Below, in pieces: positions 6,080-13,057 of a stretch of DNA of 20,000 bases. The first letter of the stretch is position 1. The number at the start of each line of letters is the position of its first letter. The notes under the pieces are model-generated. The model saw only the letters and a list, made by a program, of their open reading frames with translations. It made no database searches and was not told the origin of the DNA. Location: the IMG/VR virus record IMGVR_UViG_3300031963_000091; one strand, written 5' to 3'. The DNA comes from an uncultured virus (IMG/VR IMGVR_UViG_3300031963_000091). Its lineage: Duplodnaviria > Heunggongvirae > Uroviricota > Caudoviricetes. A program made the position numbers and the translations under genes.

Positions 6080-6310
6080 TCAGGTCGTAAAAGCATCAAT
6101 AATACCAGATTCATAATCATCCACCAGTGTGAACTTCTGTGCCTTGACAACATTCGGCATGATCAGACTCTGATACTGTTCATCAAATCCTTCCTCCTGT
6201 GAAAGAAGTTCAAATGCCTCTGTATCATCTTCGGCAATGAGATTGATGACTCCACCATATTCACTAGAAGGAAATGGAACCCAGTAATCAACAATGTAAA
6301 GACTTTTCAT
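6080..6310 (-). CDS. Hypothetical cyanophage protein (YIVDYWVPFPSSEYGG)
   Basis: Track ORF with its own promoter. Confidence 0.85.
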   Translation of the reverse strand: MKSLYIVDYWVPFPSSEYGGVINLIAEDDTEAFELLSQEEGFDEQYQSLIMPNVVKAQKFTLVDDYESGIIDAFTT

Positions 6311-6323
6311 TGGTATGTGTAAA

Positions 6324-6503
6324 TTACTCCTGAATTGTAGTTGAAACTGATGTATTTGTCAAGTGAGAAAGTTGTCTCTGAAGTTCGACTCTAATTGAAA
6401 TCAGATGAGCATACATCATCACCTTGTACTCATTATCCTTAAGAAGTTCAGTGAGATTATGAATCTGAATTAGTGCCAAATGAAGTTTTGTTCTTTGATC
6501 CAT
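6324..6503 (-). CDS. Hypothetical helical protein, 59 aa
   Basis: Hand translation MDQRTKLHLALIQIHNLTELLKDNEYKVMMYAHLISIRVELQRQLSHLTNTSVSTTIQE; TAATG coupling. Confidence 0.75.
   Translation of the reverse strand: MDQRTKLHLALIQIHNLTELLKDNEYKVMMYAHLISIRVELQRQLSHLTNTSVSTTIQE
6334..6362 (-). promoter_or_regulatory. Sigma70 promoter inside the 3' end of the upstream ORF
   Basis: TTGACA-N17-TACAAT. Confidence 0.8.
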
Positions 6504-6685
6504 TACACAAACTCTTCCAAATAATAATCAACCGTCACATTGAGATCTGCTGCCTTCTTTTCATAAAACTTCTTGGTATAGCATTCTGCCTCTATCCATT
6601 GATGATGAGAATGAATATTTTCTTCGGCATGTTTCATAAAATCTTCAAAGGCATTTATGAACTGTGAAATATCTTCTTCGTTCAT
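6503..6685 (-). CDS. Hypothetical protein (DYYxEEFV C-terminus)
   Basis: Start moved to MNEEDISQF at 6685. Confidence 0.8.
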   Translation of the reverse strand: MNEEDISQFINAFEDFMKHAEENIHSHHQWIEAECYTKKFYEKKAADLNVTVDYYLEEFV

Positions 6686-6686
6686 A

Positions 6687-6827
6687 CTAATAGGTTTTGG
6701 CACTGGCAATTTTAGAATACAATTCAGACAGTTCAAGAATACTCAATTCGGTTTTGGAAAGATCCAGACGATTCAAAACCTGAAGAAGAGCACGGATTTC
6801 TTTTTGTGAAAATTCAAGAGTTTCCAT
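6687..6827 (-). CDS. Hypothetical helical protein, 46 aa
   Basis: Hand translation METLEFSQKEIRALLQVLNRLDLSKTELSILELSELYSKIASAKTY. Confidence 0.7.
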   Translation of the reverse strand: METLEFSQKEIRALLQVLNRLDLSKTELSILELSELYSKIASAKTY

Positions 6828-6967
6828 CAGAACAATTCCAGTTGGGCAAATTGCAGGTGATCATCACAACTATCAGAATCATGAAGATCAATCATGTCAC
6901 TATCAGTATGAGAGAACAGTTTGTCAAACAGAAAATTAACAAACTCATGATTTTCTTGAGTCATCAT
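6827..6967 (-). CDS. Hypothetical acidic protein ending QLELF
   Basis: MMTQENHEFVNFLFDKLF...QFAQLELF; TGATG coupling at both ends. Confidence 0.7.
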   Translation of the reverse strand: MMTQENHEFVNFLFDKLFSHTDSDMIDLHDSDSCDDHLQFAQLELF

Positions 6968-7128
6968 CAGACAGAAGGAGTAACTTGAATTTCTTTGATG
7001 TTGAGTCCACACAATTGATTGTAGACTCGGTTGTTAATCAGATCACAGGCACGATTGGCACGACTCTTCTCATACCAAATAGTGACGCAACCATCATTGG
7101 TCTCAACACGCACTCGGTAGGTTTTCAT
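6967..7128 (-). CDS. Hypothetical protein, 53 aa
   Basis: Hand translation MKTYRVRVETNDGCVTIWYEKSRANRACDLINNRVYNQLCGLNIKEIQVTPSV; first gene after promoter copy 8. Confidence 0.75.
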   Translation of the reverse strand: MKTYRVRVETNDGCVTIWYEKSRANRACDLINNRVYNQLCGLNIKEIQVTPSV

Positions 7129-7153
7129 GAGGTGTCTCTCTGTTGATGCTCTT

Positions 7154-7212
7154 ATTATAGGTCAGAAAGACGGCACCACATCGTTGCGTAGACCAGTTTG
7201 CGAAGTGTCCAT
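7154..7212 (-). promoter_or_regulatory. Palindromic early promoter, copy 8
   Basis: TGGACA-N10-TGGTCTA; TATAAT at 7159-7154. Confidence 0.7.
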
Positions 7213-7365
7213 CTGCTCCCAGAGAGAATACAATTTGTCATACAGTGCCTGGGCACTTCCATATTCTCTGGCAATGCGATTCTCATCACTATTTGTAAGC
7301 AATTGAAGTGCGGACAACATCACACCAATCTCATGAACATTTAGATTTACATTTGTTTCTGTCAT
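7162..7365 (-). CDS. Hypothetical helical protein
   Basis: Start moved to MTETNVNLNVHE at 7365. Confidence 0.75.
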   Translation of the reverse strand: MTETNVNLNVHEIGVMLSALQLLTNSDENRIAREYGSAQALYDKLYSLWEQMDTSQTGLRNDVVPSF

Positions 7366-7370
7366 TTGTT

Positions 7371-7748
7371 TCAATCCCAAGATACATTTTGTACCAAAAA
7401 TCCAGGCATCACATAAGTCCAGGCACCCAGATCATTGTGCCCGCCAACCTTATACTCCCACTTATACTCAAACTTATTATGAGAGTCCCATGTCATATAA
7501 CCCTGTTCCTTATCAAAACGACCTTTGATCGTAAGACCATGTTTGTTAGAGAAGATATTGCGAGTGCGAAGAGCACCACCTTTCTCACGAGTTTCAATCA
7601 CCACACAGGTATCAGGATAGGTTTGAATACCTTTTTCCAACATACAAGGAGTTTCATAACGAAACGGACGATAAAAGGCATTTTGTTCTGGCGTTGCAAG
7701 TGCAGGAGCACCAGAAAGAACAAGCAGAAGTGCAAACAGTTTCTTCAT
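7371..7748 (-). CDS. Exported protein with signal peptide
   Basis: MKKLFALLLVLSGAPALA has a signal-peptide pattern (AxA); ATGA overlap with the rlpA-like gene. Confidence 0.8.
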   Translation of the reverse strand: MKKLFALLLVLSGAPALATPEQNAFYRPFRYETPCMLEKGIQTYPDTCVVIETREKGGALRTRNIFSNKHGLTIKGRFDKEQGYMTWDSHNKFEYKWEYKVGGHNDLGAWTYVMPGFLVQNVSWD

Positions 7749-8059
7749 CCGACTACACGATAACAAATAGTGGCATTACCCTTACGGGTGGATTCAATAT
7801 GAGCAAATGCGGCATAAGATAGATCCAGGTCGGCATGAGAATACGGACCACGATCATTGACTCTTACAATCACTTGCTTTCCATTATCTTGATTGGTGAC
7901 GCGAATCTTACTACCCATTGGAAGATGCGGATGGGCAGCAGTCCATCTATAAGCATTGAATACTTCACCGTTAGCAGTACGATTACCATGAAATCCGTCA
8001 CCGATTCCATAGAAAGTGGCAATACCACAAGTAAGACCAGCAATTACAGTTTCAATCAT
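7745..8059 (-). CDS. rlpA: RlpA-like (DPBB) lytic transglycosylase
   Basis: ATFYG..GFHGNRTANGEVFN..TAAHPHLPMGSKIRVTN..VRVNDRGPY..DLSYAAF signature. Confidence 0.9.
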   Translation of the reverse strand: MIETVIAGLTCGIATFYGIGDGFHGNRTANGEVFNAYRWTAAHPHLPMGSKIRVTNQDNGKQVIVRVNDRGPYSHADLDLSYAAFAHIESTRKGNATICYRVVG

Positions 8060-8184
8060 TTAGGTTGAAAAATTTGTTCAGTAGTGGCATCATATGCCTC
8101 AAACATTTTCTGATCCCTCTGAATCAGAAACACATTATACATCAGAATACCGATGAAAGCAAGAAAGATGTAGGAAGTTTTCAT
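8056..8184 (-). CDS. Small membrane protein, 42 aa
   Basis: Hand translation MKTSYIFLAFIGILMYNVFLIQRDQKMFEAYDATTEQIFQPK. Confidence 0.7.
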   Translation of the reverse strand: MKTSYIFLAFIGILMYNVFLIQRDQKMFEAYDATTEQIFQPK

Positions 8185-8187
8185 GAG

Positions 8188-8415
8188 TCAGCAGCACACC
8201 ATCATTTTGATACGAGGAGAAGTGTGAAACTTGGTCACTTCATAACCATAGGTCTTGATACGGGAATTAGCACCGTTCTCCATGTCACGCTTGGAGATCA
8301 GACGCTCGCTCATTTCCTCACCCTGAAAAGAAGTCACCTGAACAAACTTGTCAGTCAGTCCAGCGGCAGGATAGAAGTCACAGACCATGTTGCCGTCTTT
8401 AGAAACCAGTCGCAT
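8188..8415 (-). CDS. Hypothetical protein
   Basis: Track ORF; first gene after promoter copy 9. Confidence 0.8.
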   Translation of the reverse strand: MRLVSKDGNMVCDFYPAAGLTDKFVQVTSFQGEEMSERLISKRDMENGANSRIKTYGYEVTKFHTSPRIKMMVCC

Positions 8416-8441
8416 GGGGTTCTTCCCTTGATTACCTTGTA

Positions 8442-8500
8442 ATTATACTTCCCCCATCAGGCGGTTGGGGAAGAACTGTGCCACTTGTGAAACCGTCCAC
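8442..8500 (-). promoter_or_regulatory. Palindromic early promoter, copy 9
   Basis: GTGGACG-N10-TGGCAC; TATAAT at 8447-8442, containing the upstream gene's stop codon. Confidence 0.8.
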
Positions 8501-8919
8501 CCGTTCTTCTCAAACAGGTACTCAAGGTATAGGGTTTCTTCCTGTTCTCTTGCTTCAATTTCGTGTGGTTTATACCAATACTCAATATCTTCCACACATT
8601 CTTTACCATAATACATTTTTCCATAACGGGATCGCAGCGAACCGACTACCCACTGCTTCAGGTGCGTCAGTTCATGTAAAAGAGTTTTTGTATACAACTC
8701 TTCGTCCATGTAGGTATCCAGTTCAATCAGAAAGTGCCGTGGACGATAAGATTCACCAACTGTGTCACAATATCCATATGCCTGCTCACGCTTCAACCCA
8801 CGATGTACAATATCCACCGTGATCTTATGGCGTGGAAAGAAACGATTCAGAAACCAACAGGTAACATCCTCACAGAGGAGTTTGCGATAACCGTATCCGC
8901 TGTGAGTAATAACTGACAT
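8443..8919 (-). CDS. HEXXH zinc metallopeptidase (SprT-like)
   Basis: TLLHELTHLKQ zinc motif and downstream PHEIEA. Confidence 0.8.
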   Translation of the reverse strand: MSVITHSGYGYRKLLCEDVTCWFLNRFFPRHKITVDIVHRGLKREQAYGYCDTVGESYRPRHFLIELDTYMDEELYTKTLLHELTHLKQWVVGSLRSRYGKMYYGKECVEDIEYWYKPHEIEAREQEETLYLEYLFEKNGWTVSQVAQFFPNRLMGEV

Positions 8920-8987
8920 AATCTAACACCCCAATTCATCAAAATAAAGAAAGAACCAATGAAGACAAGTTTATCAGTCGTCGTCAT
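8847..8987 (-). CDS. Possible small membrane protein, 46 aa
   Basis: MTTTDKLVFIGSFFILMNWGVRLCQLLL...; overlaps the next gene by 73 nt. Confidence 0.45.
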   Translation of the reverse strand: MTTTDKLVFIGSFFILMNWGVRLCQLLLTADTVIANSSVRMLPVGF

Positions 8988-9069
8988 TATCACTATCCCT
9001 CATAAGAACATAACCAATTCCTGCTCCAATCACAGAACCAATCAACCACCAAAGAACAAAAGTTATCAT
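8974..9069 (-). CDS. Single-pass membrane peptide, 31 aa
   Basis: MITFVLWWLIGSVIGAGIGYVLMRDSDNDDD; ATGA coupling. Confidence 0.65.
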   Translation of the reverse strand: MITFVLWWLIGSVIGAGIGYVLMRDSDNDDD

Positions 9070-9269
9070 GCCCAATGCTCCAAATACTCTGTCAGAGAAT
9101 AATTATCATCAGTGCTAGTTTCTTCAATCAACTCATCAATACTCATTCTTTGTAGCATCACCAGATACTCTTCAGGAGTAGGATCCACATCAGGGTCAAA
9201 ATCATCATGACAAAGAAACTCATACTCATTGACAAGTGCCTCAATCAGTTTTTCTTTTGTAGGATTCAT
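9066..9269 (-). CDS. Hypothetical acidic protein
   Basis: Track ORF. Confidence 0.8.
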   Translation of the reverse strand: MNPTKEKLIEALVNEYEFLCHDDFDPDVDPTPEEYLVMLQRMSIDELIEETSTDDNYSLTEYLEHWA

Positions 9270-9357
9270 TTTCCTTGTTGAGATGATTAAATCGTGGAGA
9301 GAATAATGCTAGTGCTGCCCAGGCAACACTAGCGGCAATGATAAGGAAGTAAATCAT
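9241..9357 (-). CDS. Small membrane protein, 38 aa
   Basis: MIYFLIIAASVAWAALALFSPRFNHLNKENESYKRKTD; ATGA overlap with the HNH stop. Confidence 0.6.
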   Translation of the reverse strand: MIYFLIIAASVAWAALALFSPRFNHLNKENESYKRKTD

Positions 9358-9764
9358 AGTGTTTCAACTTTGATAATACCTTTGTGCGATTTGCGGTCTC
9401 CTCTTCTTATAGCGCGGATGTGTCCTTCATGGTAGTTATTCTCTCGGCACCAAGTATCAAGGGAATATACCTCAATAACTTCGCCAGATTTAAATGTTAG
9501 ACGATGACGCTTTGCTGTGGAAATGTGCTCTCCATTTATGAGAGTTTTCTTATGGTGGCAAGACTTACACAACAACTGACATTTTAGTGCCTCCTGGTAG
9601 CATATATCAAATCCGTTAGATGTTGCTAGTGTGCCAACAGAGGCGGTTTTTGTGTTAGGGTCAATATGGTCAAAGTGCAAATCTTCTGTTGCTCCACACA
9701 TAGCACATTCGTTTCCAAATGCTTCACGGAGTTTATTCATTCTCTTCATGTATGCTGATGACAT
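9354..9764 (-). CDS. HNH endonuclease with Zn fingers and a C-terminal DNA-binding module
   Basis: CAMCG...LHFDHIDP...CQLLCKSCHHKKT; C-terminus resembles NUMOD/IENR modules (SLDTWCREN...KSHKG). Confidence 0.85.
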   Translation of the reverse strand: MSSAYMKRMNKLREAFGNECAMCGATEDLHFDHIDPNTKTASVGTLATSNGFDICYQEALKCQLLCKSCHHKKTLINGEHISTAKRHRLTFKSGEVIEVYSLDTWCRENNYHEGHIRAIRRGDRKSHKGIIKVETL

Positions 9765-9783
9765 AATGGGCAGGTCTTTATTG

Positions 9784-9820
9784 TATTTATATTATACAAT
9801 ATTTGCCTACCCATTGTCAA
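9784..9820 (-). promoter_or_regulatory. Overlapping sigma70 and T4 late promoters for the HNH gene
   Basis: TTGACA-N18-TATAAT (9820-9791) running straight into TATAAATA (9791-9784). Confidence 0.8.
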
Positions 9821-9821
9821 A

Positions 9822-10175
9822 TCAACGAGCATATAAGTATTGACCGTGCCAGTTTGCGTTTTCAAACATCTGCTCACGGGAGTTGATAATCAGCACATTG
9901 TAACGCTCTCCTTTGGCAGGTGCTTTGATGCTAGCAGGTTTGTAGACAGAACCAGTCTTCTTGTCAATGAACGCATGAATACTGTCACGACGATTATAAA
10001 TGTGCATGAAGACTTTGTGATACTTACGACCAGAAGAGTCCAGAGAATAGTGATAACCATCAGGAGCATCTTGCTGGAGAGCATCACACAACATCAGACC
10101 ATACTTAACAATGTTAAGGTAGATGGTGTTCTGTGCGTCCTTCTGGGCAGCGTAGTCAGCGAAGGTGGTGGTCAT
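9822..10175 (-). CDS. Conserved phage hypothetical protein (GRKYHKV..HAFID..G.VYKPAS..APAKG.RYN)
   Basis: Start moved to MTTTFADY at 10175, downstream of promoter copy 10. Confidence 0.85.
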   Translation of the reverse strand: MTTTFADYAAQKDAQNTIYLNIVKYGLMLCDALQQDAPDGYHYSLDSSGRKYHKVFMHIYNRRDSIHAFIDKKTGSVYKPASIKAPAKGERYNVLIINSREQMFENANWHGQYLYAR

Positions 10176-10196
10176 TGCTTGGTTGCGTATGAAGGT

Positions 10197-10254
10197 ATTA
10201 TAGGGCATCCTAGACGCCTCTGGAGGGTCAGTATGCCAGTTCCCGAACTGGATC
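10197..10254 (-). promoter_or_regulatory. Palindromic early promoter, copy 10
   Basis: GATCCA-N10-TGGCAT; TATAAT at 10202-10197. Confidence 0.7.
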
Positions 10255-10353
10255 CCAGTAGTCGTCCTCTTCAAGGTATCCCATCCAGTCTTGTGGATCA
10301 GTTTCATACATTTTGATCTCCCGAAGTTCATCAATCAGTTCAGACAAGTCCAT
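10228..10353 (-). CDS. Hypothetical acidic protein, 41 aa
   Basis: Hand translation MDLSELIDELREIKMYETDPQDWMGYLEEDDYWDPVRELAY; TGC-TACAAT extended -10 upstream (10386-10378). Confidence 0.7.
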   Translation of the reverse strand: MDLSELIDELREIKMYETDPQDWMGYLEEDDYWDPVRELAY

Positions 10354-10395
10354 GAAAGATCCTCAAGTTGTTTGGTTATTGTAGCACAAGGCAGA

Positions 10396-10809
10396 CTAAA
10401 CCGCCAGTGCTCCAGAAGGAATCTCTACACCTTCCATGTAAGAATCGTGCCATTCACAAGTGTCGTAGCACAACCATCCTTCAGATCGAGTATAAACATA
10501 GGCAAACTCTTCGGCATCTTGAGTAAGATACTCACTCAAGTTCTTATTCATACGAGGAGGACAATCTTCACCACGCTGGGAGTAGTATTGAGGACCATAA
10601 ACACCTTTCATACCAGTATCATCCCAACGCTCATCAGTCCAGCAGGAAGACATATCACCACCATCAATCAGTTCGGTGGCAAGTTCTTTGCTATTGTAGT
10701 GAGTCTTCAGCATACGACCCAACCAAGAGGGCATCCCATCCCAATGATGATACACAGAAAGCACAGAACCATCTTTCAGTTCCAGACCGATGCGAGCACG
10801 AGTTCCCAT
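10396..10809 (-). CDS. Conserved phage hypothetical protein (MGTRARIG..YHHWDG.P)
   Basis: Track ORF; first gene after promoter copy 11. Confidence 0.85.
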   Translation of the reverse strand: MGTRARIGLELKDGSVLSVYHHWDGMPSWLGRMLKTHYNSKELATELIDGGDMSSCWTDERWDDTGMKGVYGPQYYSQRGEDCPPRMNKNLSEYLTQDAEEFAYVYTRSEGWLCYDTCEWHDSYMEGVEIPSGALAV

Positions 10810-10832
10810 GAAGTGTTCCCTTGATTACCCAG

Positions 10833-11714
10833 TTATTGTAGGGCATCCAGCAGTGGATTCTGTTCCTGCTGTGCCAGTTCCTCAACTGCACACCGACTGG
10901 TTGCTATTTCTGTATAGTGTGAGATAAGATCCATACCTACAAAGTTTCTATTTTCCCGAATGGCAGCGACTCCAGTGCTCCCACTACCACAGAACGGGTC
11001 TAGCACCGTAGAATTGACAGGAGAATAGATCTTAATAAGATATGCCATCAAATCCACTGGTTTGACTGTTGGATGATCATTATCAGTTCCTTTCTCTTTG
11101 CGTGTGGCACGAGGAGCATAAAAATACTTCTGATGCTCTGACTGAACCTCACCAATGATGTTAGAAGGATACCTGCCAGCAGGGTTTGCGTCCACAGTTC
11201 CATACTCACTGCCACTACCTGTAGTGTTACCATCACGCCCAAATGTACGGCGTTTGGCACCTTGAGCAACCCAACCTTTGGGTGGTTCTTTCTCCCAAGG
11301 CACCCGAGTATTCTCTGTATCAATCAGACCACATCCCCACTCTTCAAAATTACTTTGGAGTGAACCTTTATATGGTTTCTGTGCCACCACAATTGGTTCA
11401 TGTGCTGGTTTCAGACGATTGTGTTTGGGCATTTTTGTGGTAGTCATCCACATGATCTGATCTTTGATTGTAAACCCAGCATCCTCTACATTACATGCCA
11501 GACGATGATACAATTCTGGGGAGCAGAAGGCAAGACAAAAGGCACCTGGGCGAAGTGTACGAAACACCTCACGCCAGATGTCTACACTAGGTACAGAATG
11601 ATCCCAGTGATCCATACCCATACCATAAGGAGGATCAGTTATACAAGAATGAAAAAAGTTCTCTCCATAAGAGGAGAGAACCGATTGACAATCACCAGTC
11701 AGAATAGAAAACAT
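10833..11714 (-). CDS. Beta-class DNA methyltransferase (N6-adenine/N4-cytosine)
   Basis: N-terminal TDPPY, HPTVKP, C-terminal LDPFCGSGSTG. Confidence 0.92.
   Translation of the reverse strand: MFSILTGDCQSVLSSYGENFFHSCITDPPYGMGMDHWDHSVPSVDIWREVFRTLRPGAFCLAFCSPELYHRLACNVEDAGFTIKDQIMWMTTTKMPKHNRLKPAHEPIVVAQKPYKGSLQSNFEEWGCGLIDTENTRVPWEKEPPKGWVAQGAKRRTFGRDGNTTGSGSEYGTVDANPAGRYPSNIIGEVQSEHQKYFYAPRATRKEKGTDNDHPTVKPVDLMAYLIKIYSPVNSTVLDPFCGSGSTGVAAIRENRNFVGMDLISHYTEIATSRCAVEELAQQEQNPLLDALQ
10835..10893 (-). promoter_or_regulatory. Palindromic early promoter, copy 11
   Basis: GTGTGCA-N10-TGGCAC; TACAAT at 10840-10835; lies within the last codons of the methyltransferase. Confidence 0.8.
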
Positions 11715-12703
11715 TATGTTGCTGAAGAAATAACTTGAGTGAGTGGGGTTTCTTCCTCTTGGGGAGCGAACTTCCGATACAATTCTAGCATACCACTGTG
11801 GTCACCTTTCTTGTAAACACGATCTTTCTTTTGAGTTTTTTCAAGATATGCTTGATTCAACCAGTAAAGAAACTTTCCTGAAAGATCTGGAATTGTATTG
11901 AAATTAGCAGCAAAGTCACTGTCTTTGTTCTTAATCCAACAAAGTAAATTGGTTACACCATCTAACCTACCCTCGTTATCTTTACCTTGAAAGTCATCAG
12001 TAAAGACTCTCTTGACAATTTCCTTGGATTCAGAATTATTGTATTTTTTCAAGAAAAGAAGAGAAGCAGTCTTTAGTGGGTGGGGGATATCAATTTTTCC
12101 ATCCCATTGGAAGGAATCTAAAAACTTAATTTCAGAATTAAACTCACTATACAAAACAATCAAACCATTTCCATCATATCCACTTGTTTTTGGAAATGTT
12201 TGTTTATCATAAAAGTGTGCTGCCCAGGTCAATCCAGTAACTTGATACAACTTGTGATTATTTAAATTTGTGTTAAGATACCTACAGGCACCATAAGCAA
12301 GATCAGCAGACTTTTCAGTGTTGGCAGAGTTATCAAAAGTGTAATAAAGATCACGGAGTTCAGTGATACTTTTAACATCAAAATGTAAAGATGTTAATTT
12401 CTCTGGAATAGCATCAGAGAGATTTTCACCCCAGAATTCTCTGCGTGTGTGAGCATCAACTAGAAATTCAGAACCAGCAAGATATGTAACTCCGTTGCTT
12501 GGATCATATGATTTTTCAGTCAGAGTTGCACTAGCAATAATACAATGTTGAGGTTGTAATATGGATAGTTTTTCTCTTGTTTTTTTATCCTTTGCTCTTT
12601 TTTTGTGATTTCTTTGAACGGGACAGTTCGGTAAAGATTTAAATTTGTCATAAGACATTTCTACGACTCTATATTGAGTCGTTAGGTCTTTTTTAGGTTT
12701 CAT
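11714..12703 (-). CDS. ParB/Srx (DGQHR/DUF262-like) domain protein
   Basis: VQR...LVDAHTR...YYTFDN resembles the QR/DGQHR/FxxxN motif order; family call is tentative, ORF is solid. Confidence 0.5.
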   Translation of the reverse strand: MKPKKDLTTQYRVVEMSYDKFKSLPNCPVQRNHKKRAKDKKTREKLSILQPQHCIIASATLTEKSYDPSNGVTYLAGSEFLVDAHTRREFWGENLSDAIPEKLTSLHFDVKSITELRDLYYTFDNSANTEKSADLAYGACRYLNTNLNNHKLYQVTGLTWAAHFYDKQTFPKTSGYDGNGLIVLYSEFNSEIKFLDSFQWDGKIDIPHPLKTASLLFLKKYNNSESKEIVKRVFTDDFQGKDNEGRLDGVTNLLCWIKNKDSDFAANFNTIPDLSGKFLYWLNQAYLEKTQKKDRVYKKGDHSGMLELYRKFAPQEEETPLTQVISSAT

Positions 12704-12774
12704 TAGTATTCCTCTATATTAGATAAGAATGATTAAACTTTTGCTCGTTATGAGTTTTATCGTTTAACACAAAA

Positions 12775-12803
12775 AGAATACCATAAAAAAAGAGGGTTGT
12801 CAA
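12775..12803 (-). promoter_or_regulatory. Sigma70 promoter for the ParB-like/MTase operon
   Basis: TTGACA-N17-TATTCT with a TG extension. Confidence 0.75.
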
Positions 12804-12810
12804 CCCTCTT
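12785..12810 (-). terminator. Terminator after cp12, overlapping the next -35
   Basis: AAGAGGGTT-GAC-AACCCTCTT-TTTTT. Confidence 0.8.
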
Positions 12811-12815
12811 GTTCT

Positions 12816-13028
12816 TCAGTCATCGTAAACTCTACATTCCAGAGCATCAGGATGAGCATCACAATACAACTCTAATGGTGTAGGATCGTGTGAGTCTCCA
12901 GGATGATGTTCTTTATATGATTTGAGTGCTTCCAGTTCTTCTTCAGTGTGTCTCCGTGACTGTGGAGAAATCATGGGGTCATTCAGAAGATCCTCATCCT
13001 TCTGAATATGTTGGTCTATGTTTTCCAT
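12816..13028 (-). CDS. cp12: CP12 Calvin-cycle regulator (phage type)
   Basis: C-terminal DPTPLELYCDAHPDALECRVYDD; start MENIDQH at 13028; no N-terminal Cys pair. Confidence 0.93.
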   Translation of the reverse strand: MENIDQHIQKDEDLLNDPMISPQSRRHTEEELEALKSYKEHHPGDSHDPTPLELYCDAHPDALECRVYDD

Positions 13029-13049
13029 TGTTTTGTATCGTGTTGACAA

Positions 13050-13056
13050 TATTTAT
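13050..13056 (-). promoter_or_regulatory. T4-type late promoter upstream of cp12
   Basis: ATAAATA 21 nt upstream of the ATG. Confidence 0.6.
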
Positions 13057-13057
13057 T

